Assembly: GCA_965263375.1 (NCBI GenBank)
Contig: OZ253669.1
Span: forward strand, 1,038,282-1,102,281
Direction of reading: 5' to 3'
Length of the DNA stretch: 64,000 bases
From: Parvularculaceae bacterium
Lineage (GTDB): Bacteria; Pseudomonadota; Alphaproteobacteria; Caulobacterales; Parvularculaceae
The position numbers and the translations under genes were made by a program. Shown in pieces: positions 44,829-53,890 of the stretch (the stretch's first letter is position 1; the number at the start of each line of letters is the position of its first letter). The notes below the pieces were generated by a model. It had not been told where the DNA came from. It did not search any database and worked only from the letters and a program-made list of their open reading frames with translations.

Positions 44829-45247
44829 TATTGCGCCCTTACGTGGTTCGCGGCGATAATCTCTGCTGTGACGGTCCGTTTAGATTGTAAATTAAGAACA
44901 CGAATGCGCTCTCCTTTCCCGCCCTCATCAAGTGCTTGAGCTTCGACTTCAATCAACATAGGCCCTTTTTTATAAGTCATCGTTATAATCGCGTTTCTAT
45001 GAATAAGCCGTGGACGCCGGATATCTATCTCGCTAATTGTCTTGCCTTTATAAAGGTTTCGTTCTGCCTCTTTTCCGATCATTGCTGCGGCTCGGCGTAA
45101 ACCGCCAGGAGTTTGAGGGGTAACAAGGTGTGCAGCCGAAATTTTTTCACCGGCGCGTAAACTGCGCGCAACGATGATTTCTTCCGCGGCGGCCTGCGCC
45201 GTCGCGAATGTTAGCGTAATAAGAAAAAGGGCAAGAAAACGTTTCAT
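44828..45247 (-). CDS. flgA: flagellar P-ring assembly chaperone FlgA
   Basis: 139 aa with a signal peptide and a SAF-like segment (...R.L.AGE.IS...L...). Position flgG-flgA-flgH. 1-nt overlap with flgH. Confidence 0.8.
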   Translation of the reverse strand: MKRFLALFLITLTFATAQAAAEEIIVARSLRAGEKISAAHLVTPQTPGGLRRAAAMIGKEAERNLYKGKTISEIDIRRPRLIHRNAIITMTYKKGPMLIEVEAQALDEGGKGERIRVLNLQSKRTVTAEIIAANHVRAQ

Positions 45248-45251
45248 AAAT

Positions 45252-46037
45252 CTATCGAATTTGCGATGCCGCGCCCATCATCTGATCAGCCGCAGAGATA
45301 ACCTTTGAATTTAATTCGTATCCGCGTTGAGCTTCAATCAATTCAGCAATTTGAGATACAACATCAACATTGGACTCTTCCAAATATCCTTGACGCAGCG
45401 TGCCGAGCCCATTTGTTCCTGCTTGTCCGACAACGGGACCGCCAGATGCTTCTGTTTCGCGATAGAGCGTGCCGCCTAAAGGCTCTAAGCCCTTAGCATT
45501 GGGAAATTCAACAAGATTAATGGTGCCCACCAATTGAGCTTGTGCAGAGTTTGCAACTTGGGCGTAAACCTCTCCTTGCGAATTAATAGTAATTGAGCGC
45601 GCGCCATTTGGGAGGGTAATGTTATTTGCGAGTGGATAACCCTCACTGTTAACCATTAATCCTTCGGCCGTGCGTTTAAATGCGCCAGCACGTGTATAGG
45701 CGGCTTCGCCAGTGGGCAGAGTGATTTCAAAAAAGCCGCGTCCTTCAATCGATAAATCAAGATCCCCGCCGGTCTCTTTCAGGGAGCCTTGCGACATTTC
45801 CATTGAGATCGCAGATGTGCGCACACCCAAGCCCAAATGAACGCCTTCAGGAACGACGGATCCGTCTGACGCGGAAGGCGCACCGGACGGCTTGGTCGTT
45901 TGATACATCAGGTCGGAAAATTCAGCCCGCCGAGCCGCATAGGCCGTCGTGTTCATATTCGCTAAGTTATTGGAGATGGTTTCAACGCGGGTCTGTTGCG
46001 CATCCATACCAGTCGCAGCAATACTTAATGCACGCAT
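45252..46037 (-). CDS. flgG: flagellar distal rod protein FlgG
   Basis: 261 aa. MRALSIAATGMDAQQTRVETISNNLANMNTTAY... and C-terminal ...GYLEESNVD.V..I.ELI.AQR.YE.NSKVI. Confidence 0.93.
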   Translation of the reverse strand: MRALSIAATGMDAQQTRVETISNNLANMNTTAYAARRAEFSDLMYQTTKPSGAPSASDGSVVPEGVHLGLGVRTSAISMEMSQGSLKETGGDLDLSIEGRGFFEITLPTGEAAYTRAGAFKRTAEGLMVNSEGYPLANNITLPNGARSITINSQGEVYAQVANSAQAQLVGTINLVEFPNAKGLEPLGGTLYRETEASGGPVVGQAGTNGLGTLRQGYLEESNVDVVSQIAELIEAQRGYELNSKVISAADQMMGAASQIR

Positions 46038-46066
46038 GATTTATTCTCCTTCACTAGTCCTACTTC

Positions 46067-46780
46067 TTATTCCGTCATTTTACGGATTGTATCTTTTATT
46101 CGGTCGTCTTCTTGTTGGAGCATGCGCTGCCCCATTTCATAGGTGCGCTGAACCTCAATCAAATGGGCGATTTCAGTAACAGCATTGACATTTGAACCTT
46201 CAACAGCGCCCTGTAAAAGGCGCGCATCAGTCGCTGGCTCGTAACCTTCTTCAGTGGAAAAGACATTGTCGCCCTCGCGAGTTAAGCTCGCCCGATTGGT
46301 TGTGACCATGCCGATTTGGCCGATCGCTTGTCCATCAGCGCTTAAAGTGCCGTCTGCCGAAGCCGTTATGGCGCTTGTTCCAGCTGGAATAGCTAATGCG
46401 CCGCCGCCATTGTTCAATACACGGAAGCCTTCTTGCGTTGAAAGCTCGCCTTGGCCGTTTAAGGTGAATGAACCAGCGCGGGTTAACCGCTCGCCATTGG
46501 GGGTTTCAACAAGGAAAAACGCGTCACCTTCGATTGCAAAGTCAAGTTTGTTATCGGTGACAGTAACTTCCCCTTGGCTTAAATCGATGATGTGGCGGTT
46601 CATCACCGCCATGGAAAGGCTGGGGTCTTCCATGTCGAGAGCTTTAATATGCTCTGAAAAAGAAGTGGCTTCACGGCGATAGCCCGCCGTGTTTACGTTC
46701 GCAATGTTATTCGCGATTATGTTGAGCTGTTTAAATAACCCAGACTGACGGGTGAGGGCGACATAGCTAGCGTTATCCAT
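46067..46780 (-). CDS. flgF: flagellar proximal rod protein FlgF
   Basis: 237 aa. MDNASYVALTRQSGL...L..IANNIANVNT.GYRRE and C-terminal ...GAVEGSNVN.V.E...LIEVQR.YE. Confidence 0.88.
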   Translation of the reverse strand: MDNASYVALTRQSGLFKQLNIIANNIANVNTAGYRREATSFSEHIKALDMEDPSLSMAVMNRHIIDLSQGEVTVTDNKLDFAIEGDAFFLVETPNGERLTRAGSFTLNGQGELSTQEGFRVLNNGGGALAIPAGTSAITASADGTLSADGQAIGQIGMVTTNRASLTREGDNVFSTEEGYEPATDARLLQGAVEGSNVNAVTEIAHLIEVQRTYEMGQRMLQQEDDRIKDTIRKMTE

Positions 46781-49202
46781 TGCGCAGCGCCTCCTTGATC
46801 ATTTGCAACTCGTCACGCGCTTCTTGGGCTGCAATTTGGCCTTGGTTTAAAACCGATCCTGTTGGTTGATCAGCAAACAGTGCTTTAACGCCATTTAGCG
46901 CCGTACTATCTTCTTTCGTTAAAACAGCTTCAACAATTGCTGGGGGCTTTTCAGCGCCGGTCATATATGAGGAAAGGGCGTATTGAATGGCGGTTTTTTC
47001 ACCAATTAAAACGGGATTTAATGCGGCAAAAGCGCGGTTAGCGCTTTGCCAATCACCGGCGCGCCAAGCCGCTTGCGCCATAAGAACGGCTTTTTTATCC
47101 GATTCTGGTAAAGCCGTCGCCGCGGCGAGGGCGGCGTAGTTTCGTTCAAGCTGAAGGTTCGCTTTAACTAATAACTCTGCAAACGCTGGTTGATCGGCAT
47201 ATGCTGATGCAGTTGATAGCGTTCTGTCTGGAACATCTGCTTTTAGGGCTGCTTGTGCTTTTTGTAAGGAGTAGTCAGCGTTGCCTTGATACGGATTATG
47301 GTGAAGCACCTTAAACGCTACATTCGGCAGCCCGATTTCCATAGCTGTAACTGCTACCGTTTTGCGAAAGGCTGCATCATCATCGGGCGTATCGACAAAG
47401 GAGCGATGGCGCAAATATGCCGATACTGCGGAAATCTTTTTGTTTTGCTTATCATGGCGTAGGGAGTTGGCGATGAGTTCGCGAGATTTCTCAAGCGCCT
47501 TTTGCGCGTATGCCTCATCCTTTTTTGCAAGGCTGCGCAGCATTAAAATTGCCGCCTCTAATTCCCCTTCATTCGCCCAAGCAACCGCTTCTAGGAACTG
47601 TGCTTTAGAGCTGGTTTCAGAACCGCGAGTGGTCGTGGCAACTGCGCCGATATCATCATAAAACCCTTCGTGGGGTTCCTCGCCGTTCGCATATTGTTCC
47701 GCGAGCGCCACAAGTGCGTCTTTCGATGCTTCATTGTCTTTGCCAGCAATGCTCAACAGGGTTTCACGCGAAGAGACGCCATCGCCCTCATGAGCTTGCA
47801 ATTGAGCCTGCACGAAGGTGAGGTCAGGTGAGAATACTTCTGAAACATCTGCGGCAAAATCGAAAAAACGTTGCGCCTGTTCCCAATCGCCTGCTTCCAC
47901 CATTTTTCTGGCGATCCGTGTTGCGATCAATGCTTGCAAGCGTTTTGGTAAGGTTTTTACAGCGTCGCCGGATTGGCGGGCAGGGCCCACCGCGTCTTCT
48001 GGAGTATTTGCGGCCGCTTGCCAAAGGGCGTGAGAATTTTTGCAGTCGATGGCGCTGAGTAAAGGGCCACCTTTAGGCAAGGTCGTTTCAGCAAGCGCGC
48101 GCGCCATATCGGCGCGAATGGTGCGACCGGCGCCATGATCAGATAGTATTGCAAGGGCCTCTTCGCCAAAGCCGATTGATAAAAATCCATCCGCCAATTG
48201 CTCGGCTAAGGCGCGCTGTCCGTCATAATCTGCATGGGCAAGTTCGGTTTGCACTTCAGATATTGCAACAAGCGGCTCGTCCTCAAAAGGCTTGCCATTG
48301 ATTTTGAAAGCTTGCTCAGGATAGCACTCGCCTGGTTTGATTCTTCTTGCTGTCTTCTTTTGCTTACCGCCTGGCAATAACAAGTGATCGGAAAGTTCGT
48401 CAGCGGCTTTTTTGTCGTCCTTGGCGCTGGCTACTTCTTCATATAGCGGAATTTTATCTTTCGCATCATCGCGAATGTTGATCAAACCTTCTTTTGCGGC
48501 TTGGCGAAGCAGGTCGAGCATGCGGTTATGCGCCCGCTCAACTGATAAGAGGTCTTCTTTTTCGTTGTCAGCTTTATCGATCGATATTTCATTGATCGCT
48601 GGTTTAGGCTTATCGATTTTTTTCGGTTCTAAGTTTGAGGGCTCTGTTGATGTCAATGCAGCGGTGATTGCATCAGCGGGCTTTGAAGCTGGTTCAGGGG
48701 CCTTTGGTTTTGGCGTCTGCGCTGGCGTTTGCGTTGGCGTTTGCACTGGCGACTGCGCTGTCGACTGTGCGACTTTCGTGGCGGTTGTGTTCTTTGGAGC
48801 GACATCATTGTCATAAATATCGATAACTATTTTGCCGTTTGAAAGATTTTTGCTCAGGACTTCGCAATCACAAGTCAAAGTTAATGATACAAGCGTCCCG
48901 TTTTCATTAGGGCGTGCGCTTGCATTGAGGACACGATGTGCTTTGCGTCGTTCCAACAAATCAGCCAAGTTTATGTCTGATATATTTGTATCAAGAGAAA
49001 TTTTTATCTGTCGGCCTTGCTGTGTAATAGAAGTATTTTTTGCGTTTGCGGATAATACAACGCGTGAGTATGCACCGTGCTCGCCGGCTGATACCAATAC
49101 TGTCTCAGCGCCATAGGCAGATGAGAAAGATCCCACACAAACAGGAATAGCGGCCCATAGAAGGGCCGCAATTTTAGGGGATGTTGAAAATAGATTACGC
49201 AT
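46773..49202 (-). CDS. large periplasmic hypothetical protein of the flagellar operon (AMIN-like N-domain, P/T/Q linker, helical TPR-like C-terminal region)
   Basis: 809-aa ORF with a signal peptide. The start overlaps the motA stop (TAATG) and the stop overlaps the flgF start by 8 nt. No named flagellar family recognised. Confidence 0.6.
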   Translation of the reverse strand: MRNLFSTSPKIAALLWAAIPVCVGSFSSAYGAETVLVSAGEHGAYSRVVLSANAKNTSITQQGRQIKISLDTNISDINLADLLERRKAHRVLNASARPNENGTLVSLTLTCDCEVLSKNLSNGKIVIDIYDNDVAPKNTTATKVAQSTAQSPVQTPTQTPAQTPKPKAPEPASKPADAITAALTSTEPSNLEPKKIDKPKPAINEISIDKADNEKEDLLSVERAHNRMLDLLRQAAKEGLINIRDDAKDKIPLYEEVASAKDDKKAADELSDHLLLPGGKQKKTARRIKPGECYPEQAFKINGKPFEDEPLVAISEVQTELAHADYDGQRALAEQLADGFLSIGFGEEALAILSDHGAGRTIRADMARALAETTLPKGGPLLSAIDCKNSHALWQAAANTPEDAVGPARQSGDAVKTLPKRLQALIATRIARKMVEAGDWEQAQRFFDFAADVSEVFSPDLTFVQAQLQAHEGDGVSSRETLLSIAGKDNEASKDALVALAEQYANGEEPHEGFYDDIGAVATTTRGSETSSKAQFLEAVAWANEGELEAAILMLRSLAKKDEAYAQKALEKSRELIANSLRHDKQNKKISAVSAYLRHRSFVDTPDDDAAFRKTVAVTAMEIGLPNVAFKVLHHNPYQGNADYSLQKAQAALKADVPDRTLSTASAYADQPAFAELLVKANLQLERNYAALAAATALPESDKKAVLMAQAAWRAGDWQSANRAFAALNPVLIGEKTAIQYALSSYMTGAEKPPAIVEAVLTKEDSTALNGVKALFADQPTGSVLNQGQIAAQEARDELQMIKEALRNG

Positions 49203-50068
49203 TACGCAGCCTGTTTCATTTCCTTCAACGCCTCTTCCATATCGTTGAAGGATGGCCGGACCCCGCGGGGGGCGCTGCGCCGAGCGACCTCAACACAAAT
49301 TTGTGGCGTGTGTTTGTTTAGACTTGCGACCAACGCTTCACGGATCATATTATAAAAGGCGTGATCAGCATCATTGATCGCTTTGACTTTCGCAGCGAAG
49401 GGGCCAACCAGCGCGTAGGCCAAGAAAACGCCAAGAAACGTTCCAACCAAGGCGCCGCCGATCATACCGCCAAGAACCTCCGGTGGCTGATCAATCGACG
49501 CCATGGTTTTGATAACACCCAAAACCGCAGCAACAATGCCAAGCGCAGGCAAGGCGTCAGCCATATTTTGAAGCGCATGGGAGCCATGTTGACTGTCGTG
49601 ATGAAGAGATTCAAGTTGCTTTTCGAGCAGTTCTTCAACCTGATGCACATCGTCAAAGTTCATTATCATTGAGCGAATTGTTTCGCAGATTAGTTCAACA
49701 GCAGCGCCGTCTTTTGATATTTTTGGAAAATTATTGAAAATCGCCGACTCGGCTGGGTTTTCAATATGTTGTTCTATTTCTACCGGACTTTCTTTGGCTA
49801 TTCGGATCAATTCAAACATCAGGCACAATAAGTCCTGATAGTCTTTCTTTTTCCATTTTGATCCGGCGAACACTTTTGCTATATCACCGCCCGTGTGAGT
49901 GATAACGTGCATGTCGTTACTGACGAAGAAGGCCCCTACGGCGGCGCCGCCGATCATCATCATCTCAAAGGGGAGGGATTTTAAGATAATTCCCATCTTA
50001 CCGCCGGCTAGCGTATAGCCGCCGAATACCATTACCATTGTAATGACGATTCCAATGATCGAGACCAT
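49202..50068 (-). CDS. motA: flagellar motor stator protein MotA
   Basis: 288 aa. MVSIIGIVITMVMVFGGY.LAGG..., 4 TM, ...PALGIVAAVLGVIKTM... plug/channel region. Confidence 0.9.
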   Translation of the reverse strand: MVSIIGIVITMVMVFGGYTLAGGKMGIILKSLPFEMMMIGGAAVGAFFVSNDMHVITHTGGDIAKVFAGSKWKKKDYQDLLCLMFELIRIAKESPVEIEQHIENPAESAIFNNFPKISKDGAAVELICETIRSMIMNFDDVHQVEELLEKQLESLHHDSQHGSHALQNMADALPALGIVAAVLGVIKTMASIDQPPEVLGGMIGGALVGTFLGVFLAYALVGPFAAKVKAINDADHAFYNMIREALVASLNKHTPQICVEVARRSAPRGVRPSFNDMEEALKEMKQAA

Positions 50069-50154
50069 ATTGTAAACTCAGTCTTCCACGGATTAAAAAA
50101 CACCTAAAGAACAGATTAAAGCTGTTGGTTTAATATTAGGTGAATGGGAAGGTT

Positions 50155-50904
50155 TTATTCCAAATGAACGTCAGCATTGCGCCCAGCGATAATAACGCTT
50201 GCAGCGTAAGCCTTTTCCGTTTCCATATTGGTCAAAATGAGAGCGGCCGCGTCGCTGTTCATTTCCGTTAGGAAGCCAGCGGCGAAAGAGGGCTCCATCT
50301 GATTGAATATTTCCCCAGCCTTTGCTGGTTTCATCCGTTCATACAGGCCAGCTAGCTGAGTTATGTCTTCACGCGCCAGTTCTTGCGCATAGTTTAACCG
50401 GTCTTCTAGCGCGGCGGTCGCTGCTTCTAGCGAAGCGATTTTTTCTTCGACGCGTTTTTCAATAATCTCTAGAACACGCTTACGCTCAGCAATAGTCGCT
50501 TCGCGCTGATCAAGGGCTTTGCTACGTTGGCGGATTTCAGCCAGCAGTGCGTTATAGTCCTGGGCTGCGAAAGCTAGAGGGTCATATTTTTCATCATACG
50601 CATGCGGCTCTTTTTCAGAGTAATCGCCATCGCTTTCGTCTTTTTCTTTGTCATAATCAGCCTTTTTGGGCTCAGACTTTTTTTCACTTTTTTCGGTGGT
50701 TTTTTCTTTCTGTTTTTTATCGCCGTCTTTGTCGCCTTCTTCGTGCTTATCGGTTTTAGTTTCTTTGGAAGCTTCTTCGGTGTTTGTGGTTTCGCTCGTT
50801 TGCTCAGTTTCACCAGCCATGGCTGCGCTGGCGACATCAGCTATACGCGAGAAGAAGGACGCGGCGAAAATAAAGCCGATAACTAATAGCGGAGTCGGTT
50901 TCAC
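50155..50904 (-). CDS. MotE-like flagellar protein (MgtE_N-like C-terminal region)
   Basis: 249 aa with an N-terminal TM/signal segment, a K/E/D-rich low-complexity region and a coiled coil. The C-terminal ...LYERMKPAKAGEIFNQMEPSFAAGFLTEMNSDAAALIL is MotE-like. Confidence 0.55.
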   Translation of the reverse strand: MKPTPLLVIGFIFAASFFSRIADVASAAMAGETEQTSETTNTEEASKETKTDKHEEGDKDGDKKQKEKTTEKSEKKSEPKKADYDKEKDESDGDYSEKEPHAYDEKYDPLAFAAQDYNALLAEIRQRSKALDQREATIAERKRVLEIIEKRVEEKIASLEAATAALEDRLNYAQELAREDITQLAGLYERMKPAKAGEIFNQMEPSFAAGFLTEMNSDAAALILTNMETEKAYAASVIIAGRNADVHLE

Positions 50905-50907
50905 GAA

Positions 50908-51570
50908 TTATGCTCCTACAGCTGCCTTTTTCGCGCGAGGCGCAGGGGCCGCAACGTCTTCACTAGGCGCGTCATCTAGCTCCACATATGTGGTTTCATC
51001 ATCGATTTCGATGAACTCCATTGCGCCTTCTTCATCATCCTCAGCAGCTTCTTCAGCTGGGGCTTCTTCCTCTGTTTGAGGGGCGGGGGTGTCATCTCCC
51101 AATGTGATAGCACCCTCATCTGACGCAGGGGCGGGGATATCGGCGCCAAGGGTGGATATTTGCTGTTTTGCTTGTTCAATCACTTCGAACAATTTGTCTG
51201 CTGTTGAATTTGCATCATTGATAAACGGCGCCAATTTATCCATATAATCCTGGGTGGACGTTTCTGTTTGAGAAACAACATCATCTTTTATATTGATGAG
51301 CTGGTCGATCAATTTTTGCAAAATTTCAGCTTTTTCATCGGCCGACTTAAGGAGGATATCCATATCCGTCTTTGCACTGTCGGCTGATTGTTTGGTTTGT
51401 TCCAGGGCGGCTTTCATTTCTTCAGCAGATTGTGAAAGCGCAACAACGCTAGCCCCAAGACCATCATTAGTTTTGGTCAGCTTCTTTAGGCGCGTACTAA
51501 GCGCCCAACAGTAAAAACACGCGGCGCCAGAGGCTGCTAGTAATAAAAAATCTGTAACGAGATCCATCAC
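50908..51570 (-). CDS. membrane-anchored coiled-coil protein with acidic tail (uncharacterised, flagellar cluster)
   Basis: 220 aa with an N-terminal TM helix, a helical central region and a D/E-rich C-terminus. Lies between fliL and the motE-like gene. Confidence 0.5.
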   Translation of the reverse strand: MMDLVTDFLLLAASGAACFYCWALSTRLKKLTKTNDGLGASVVALSQSAEEMKAALEQTKQSADSAKTDMDILLKSADEKAEILQKLIDQLINIKDDVVSQTETSTQDYMDKLAPFINDANSTADKLFEVIEQAKQQISTLGADIPAPASDEGAITLGDDTPAPQTEEEAPAEEAAEDDEEGAMEFIEIDDETTYVELDDAPSEDVAAPAPRAKKAAVGA

Positions 51571-51576
51571 GAGTCC

Positions 51577-52095
51577 TTACGTTAAGACAAAGTCAGTTAT
51601 TAATACATCGTTTACCGCTTCTTGGTCGGCGACTATTTGAACACGACGTAACATTTGAGCGCGCAGCCTGTTCATCGATTTTGGATCGGCAAGATCGCTC
51701 TCCTCTACAGCGCGTAAGTAAGTGTTCAATACGTCTCTCAACTTTGGCGCTAACTCTTTAAGTTTTTCTTCATGCTCGCTCGAGGTTTCAAAGGCGATCG
51801 ATATTTTTAGGTATTTCGATTTCGCGCGTGGCCCAAGCGTTACAACCATTGGTTCTAGATTGACAAAAGCGACATCTTCCTCAGCGTAGTAAATATGGTC
51901 TTTAATTTCCTTACTTTCTTCCGGCGCTTTTGCTTGCTTTTCTTCATCGGCTAGAGATTTTTCACCCTCGTCATAACCCTCCTGCATGGCTACGGGCTCA
52001 CAGGCGGTTTGCTTAGAAGGGGCCATATACGCCACAGCGAACGCAACGCCGCCGGCGAGGATTGCAGAGATTGCACCAAAGATCATTGACTGCAT
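51577..52095 (-). CDS. fliL: flagellar basal body-associated protein FliL
   Basis: 172 aa with an N-terminal TM helix. ...FVNLEPMVVTLG......YLKISIAFE......LAPKLRDVLNTYLR... is canonical FliL. Confidence 0.85.
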   Translation of the reverse strand: MQSMIFGAISAILAGGVAFAVAYMAPSKQTACEPVAMQEGYDEGEKSLADEEKQAKAPEESKEIKDHIYYAEEDVAFVNLEPMVVTLGPRAKSKYLKISIAFETSSEHEEKLKELAPKLRDVLNTYLRAVEESDLADPKSMNRLRAQMLRRVQIVADQEAVNDVLITDFVLT

Positions 52096-52294
52096 AGCCT
52101 TCCATCCTACTAAAGATCATTTGAATGCCGAGACATTTTTAAGCTGTCTCTGTTCCAAATGGTCTTAACGCGTTTTTCCGGGGCGCCGAATTGCGAAAAT
52201 CCCCTCAAGCTTTCTTTGTCGCGTCCTCTATCTGTAACCTCCTCTTAATGATCAAATGGTAAATGAAATGACGCGCATGTGAATAAATTGGTTA

Positions 52295-53890
52295 ATGAGC
52301 GCGAAGCGGGCGAATGGTATGCAAGGTTTGTTGTCGGTATGGTCTTCTTTGTCGTTGTCCAAAAGGATTACGCTCGTCGCGGCGGTGTTAGCGACGATTG
52401 GGGCTTTTTCTTTATTAGCGCGCACCGCGTCCAATCCTAGTATGAAGGTGTTATATGCGGGGCTAGATGGTCGCTCTGCTGGTGAAGTCATTTCTGCATT
52501 AGAGCGTTTAAGTATCGATTTTGAAGTTCGTGGTGACGCCATTTATGTACCGGCCAGTCATCGTGATGTGGCGCGTATGACGCTTGCCGGTGAAGGATTA
52601 CCGCAGTCAGGCCAGGCAGGTTACGAGCTTCTTGATCAGCTTAACGGCTTTTCCACCACATCTGATATGTTTGACGCCACATTCTGGCGCGCTAAAGAGG
52701 GCGAGCTTGCAAGAACGATTTTATCAACGCCCGGTGTTTCTTCCGCGCGCGTTCATATCGCCCATGAAAGCGGGGGGCCTTTTGCCCGCAGTGTTGCAGA
52801 GCCTAATGCGGTCGTAACCGTTACGATGGGGCGCGGACAATTAGCGCCATCTCAGGCGAAAGCCATTCAATATCTTGTCGGCGCAGCAGTGCCCGGGATG
52901 GTGCCTGAGAAAGTCGCGGTTCTCGATTCTTCACGCGGCGTTATCTTAAGCCCTGGCGATGAAAGTACTAATCCTGCTGAACATGAGGATATTGGCGGTC
53001 GCGAGCGTAAGATTGAGATGGATATCCTTAATATTCTAGAAGCGCGTGTAGGGGCGGGGAATGCCCGTGTCCAGGTTGCACTTGATATAGACCGTGAGCG
53101 TGAGTCAATTTCGGAGCGTGTGTTTGATCCTGATGGCCGGGTAATTTCTGCTCGTGAGGTGAATGAGGTTACGGAAAGCTCGTCTGGCTCTGGCGGGCAA
53201 TCTGTTACTGTTGCGAGTAACTTACCTGAAGGAGATGACGAAGCGGGGGGCGCAAGATCAAATTCAAATCGTACCGAAACGAGGGAAGTCATTAGCTATG
53301 ACATGTCCGAAGTACGACGCGAACGTGAAAAATTGCCTGGATCTATTCGTCGGTTGAGCATTGCGGTGCTCGTCAATGAAGTTGTGGAACAGCCGGAAGG
53401 CGCCGACGCTGTGTTAAGAGAAGCTGGCGAGTTAGATACGCTAAGGGAGTTGGTGGCGCAGGCCGCTGGTTTTGACGAAGCGCGCGGTGATAGTTTAACT
53501 ATTCAAGCTTTGCCATTCCGCCCACGAAACAATGAAGGCGTTTTAGTGGAAGCCAATCCATTCGCCTCTTTTATGGGGCGGAATTTGATGTCAATTATAC
53601 AGCTTAGCGTTCTTGCTATTGTAACCCTTATTCTGGGACTGTTCGTTGTTAAGCCTGTTCTTGCCAGTCAACCAGCCGATGGCGGATCACTTCCGCTAGA
53701 TGATGAGCTTTCATTTGAACCGCTAGGTCAATTACCGACTTATGATGAAGCTCAATTGGCGCAAGATGATGATATAGGAGCAGTTGATCCGATTGAAACG
53801 CTGCAAGGAATTGCGAGTGAAAAACCGGAAGAGGCGACCGCTCTGTTAAAAGATTGGCTTGACTCTGAAGCAGCGGAGACAGCGGCATGA
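52295..53890 (+). CDS. fliF: flagellar MS-ring protein FliF
   Basis: 531 aa. ...LYAGLD..SAGEVISALE...I.FEVRGDAIYVPAS.....RM.LAGEGLP..G..GYELLD... The start may be the ATG at 52319. Confidence 0.92.
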   Translation: MSAKRANGMQGLLSVWSSLSLSKRITLVAAVLATIGAFSLLARTASNPSMKVLYAGLDGRSAGEVISALERLSIDFEVRGDAIYVPASHRDVARMTLAGEGLPQSGQAGYELLDQLNGFSTTSDMFDATFWRAKEGELARTILSTPGVSSARVHIAHESGGPFARSVAEPNAVVTVTMGRGQLAPSQAKAIQYLVGAAVPGMVPEKVAVLDSSRGVILSPGDESTNPAEHEDIGGRERKIEMDILNILEARVGAGNARVQVALDIDRERESISERVFDPDGRVISAREVNEVTESSSGSGGQSVTVASNLPEGDDEAGGARSNSNRTETREVISYDMSEVRREREKLPGSIRRLSIAVLVNEVVEQPEGADAVLREAGELDTLRELVAQAAGFDEARGDSLTIQALPFRPRNNEGVLVEANPFASFMGRNLMSIIQLSVLAIVTLILGLFVVKPVLASQPADGGSLPLDDELSFEPLGQLPTYDEAQLAQDDDIGAVDPIETLQGIASEKPEEATALLKDWLDSEAAETAA

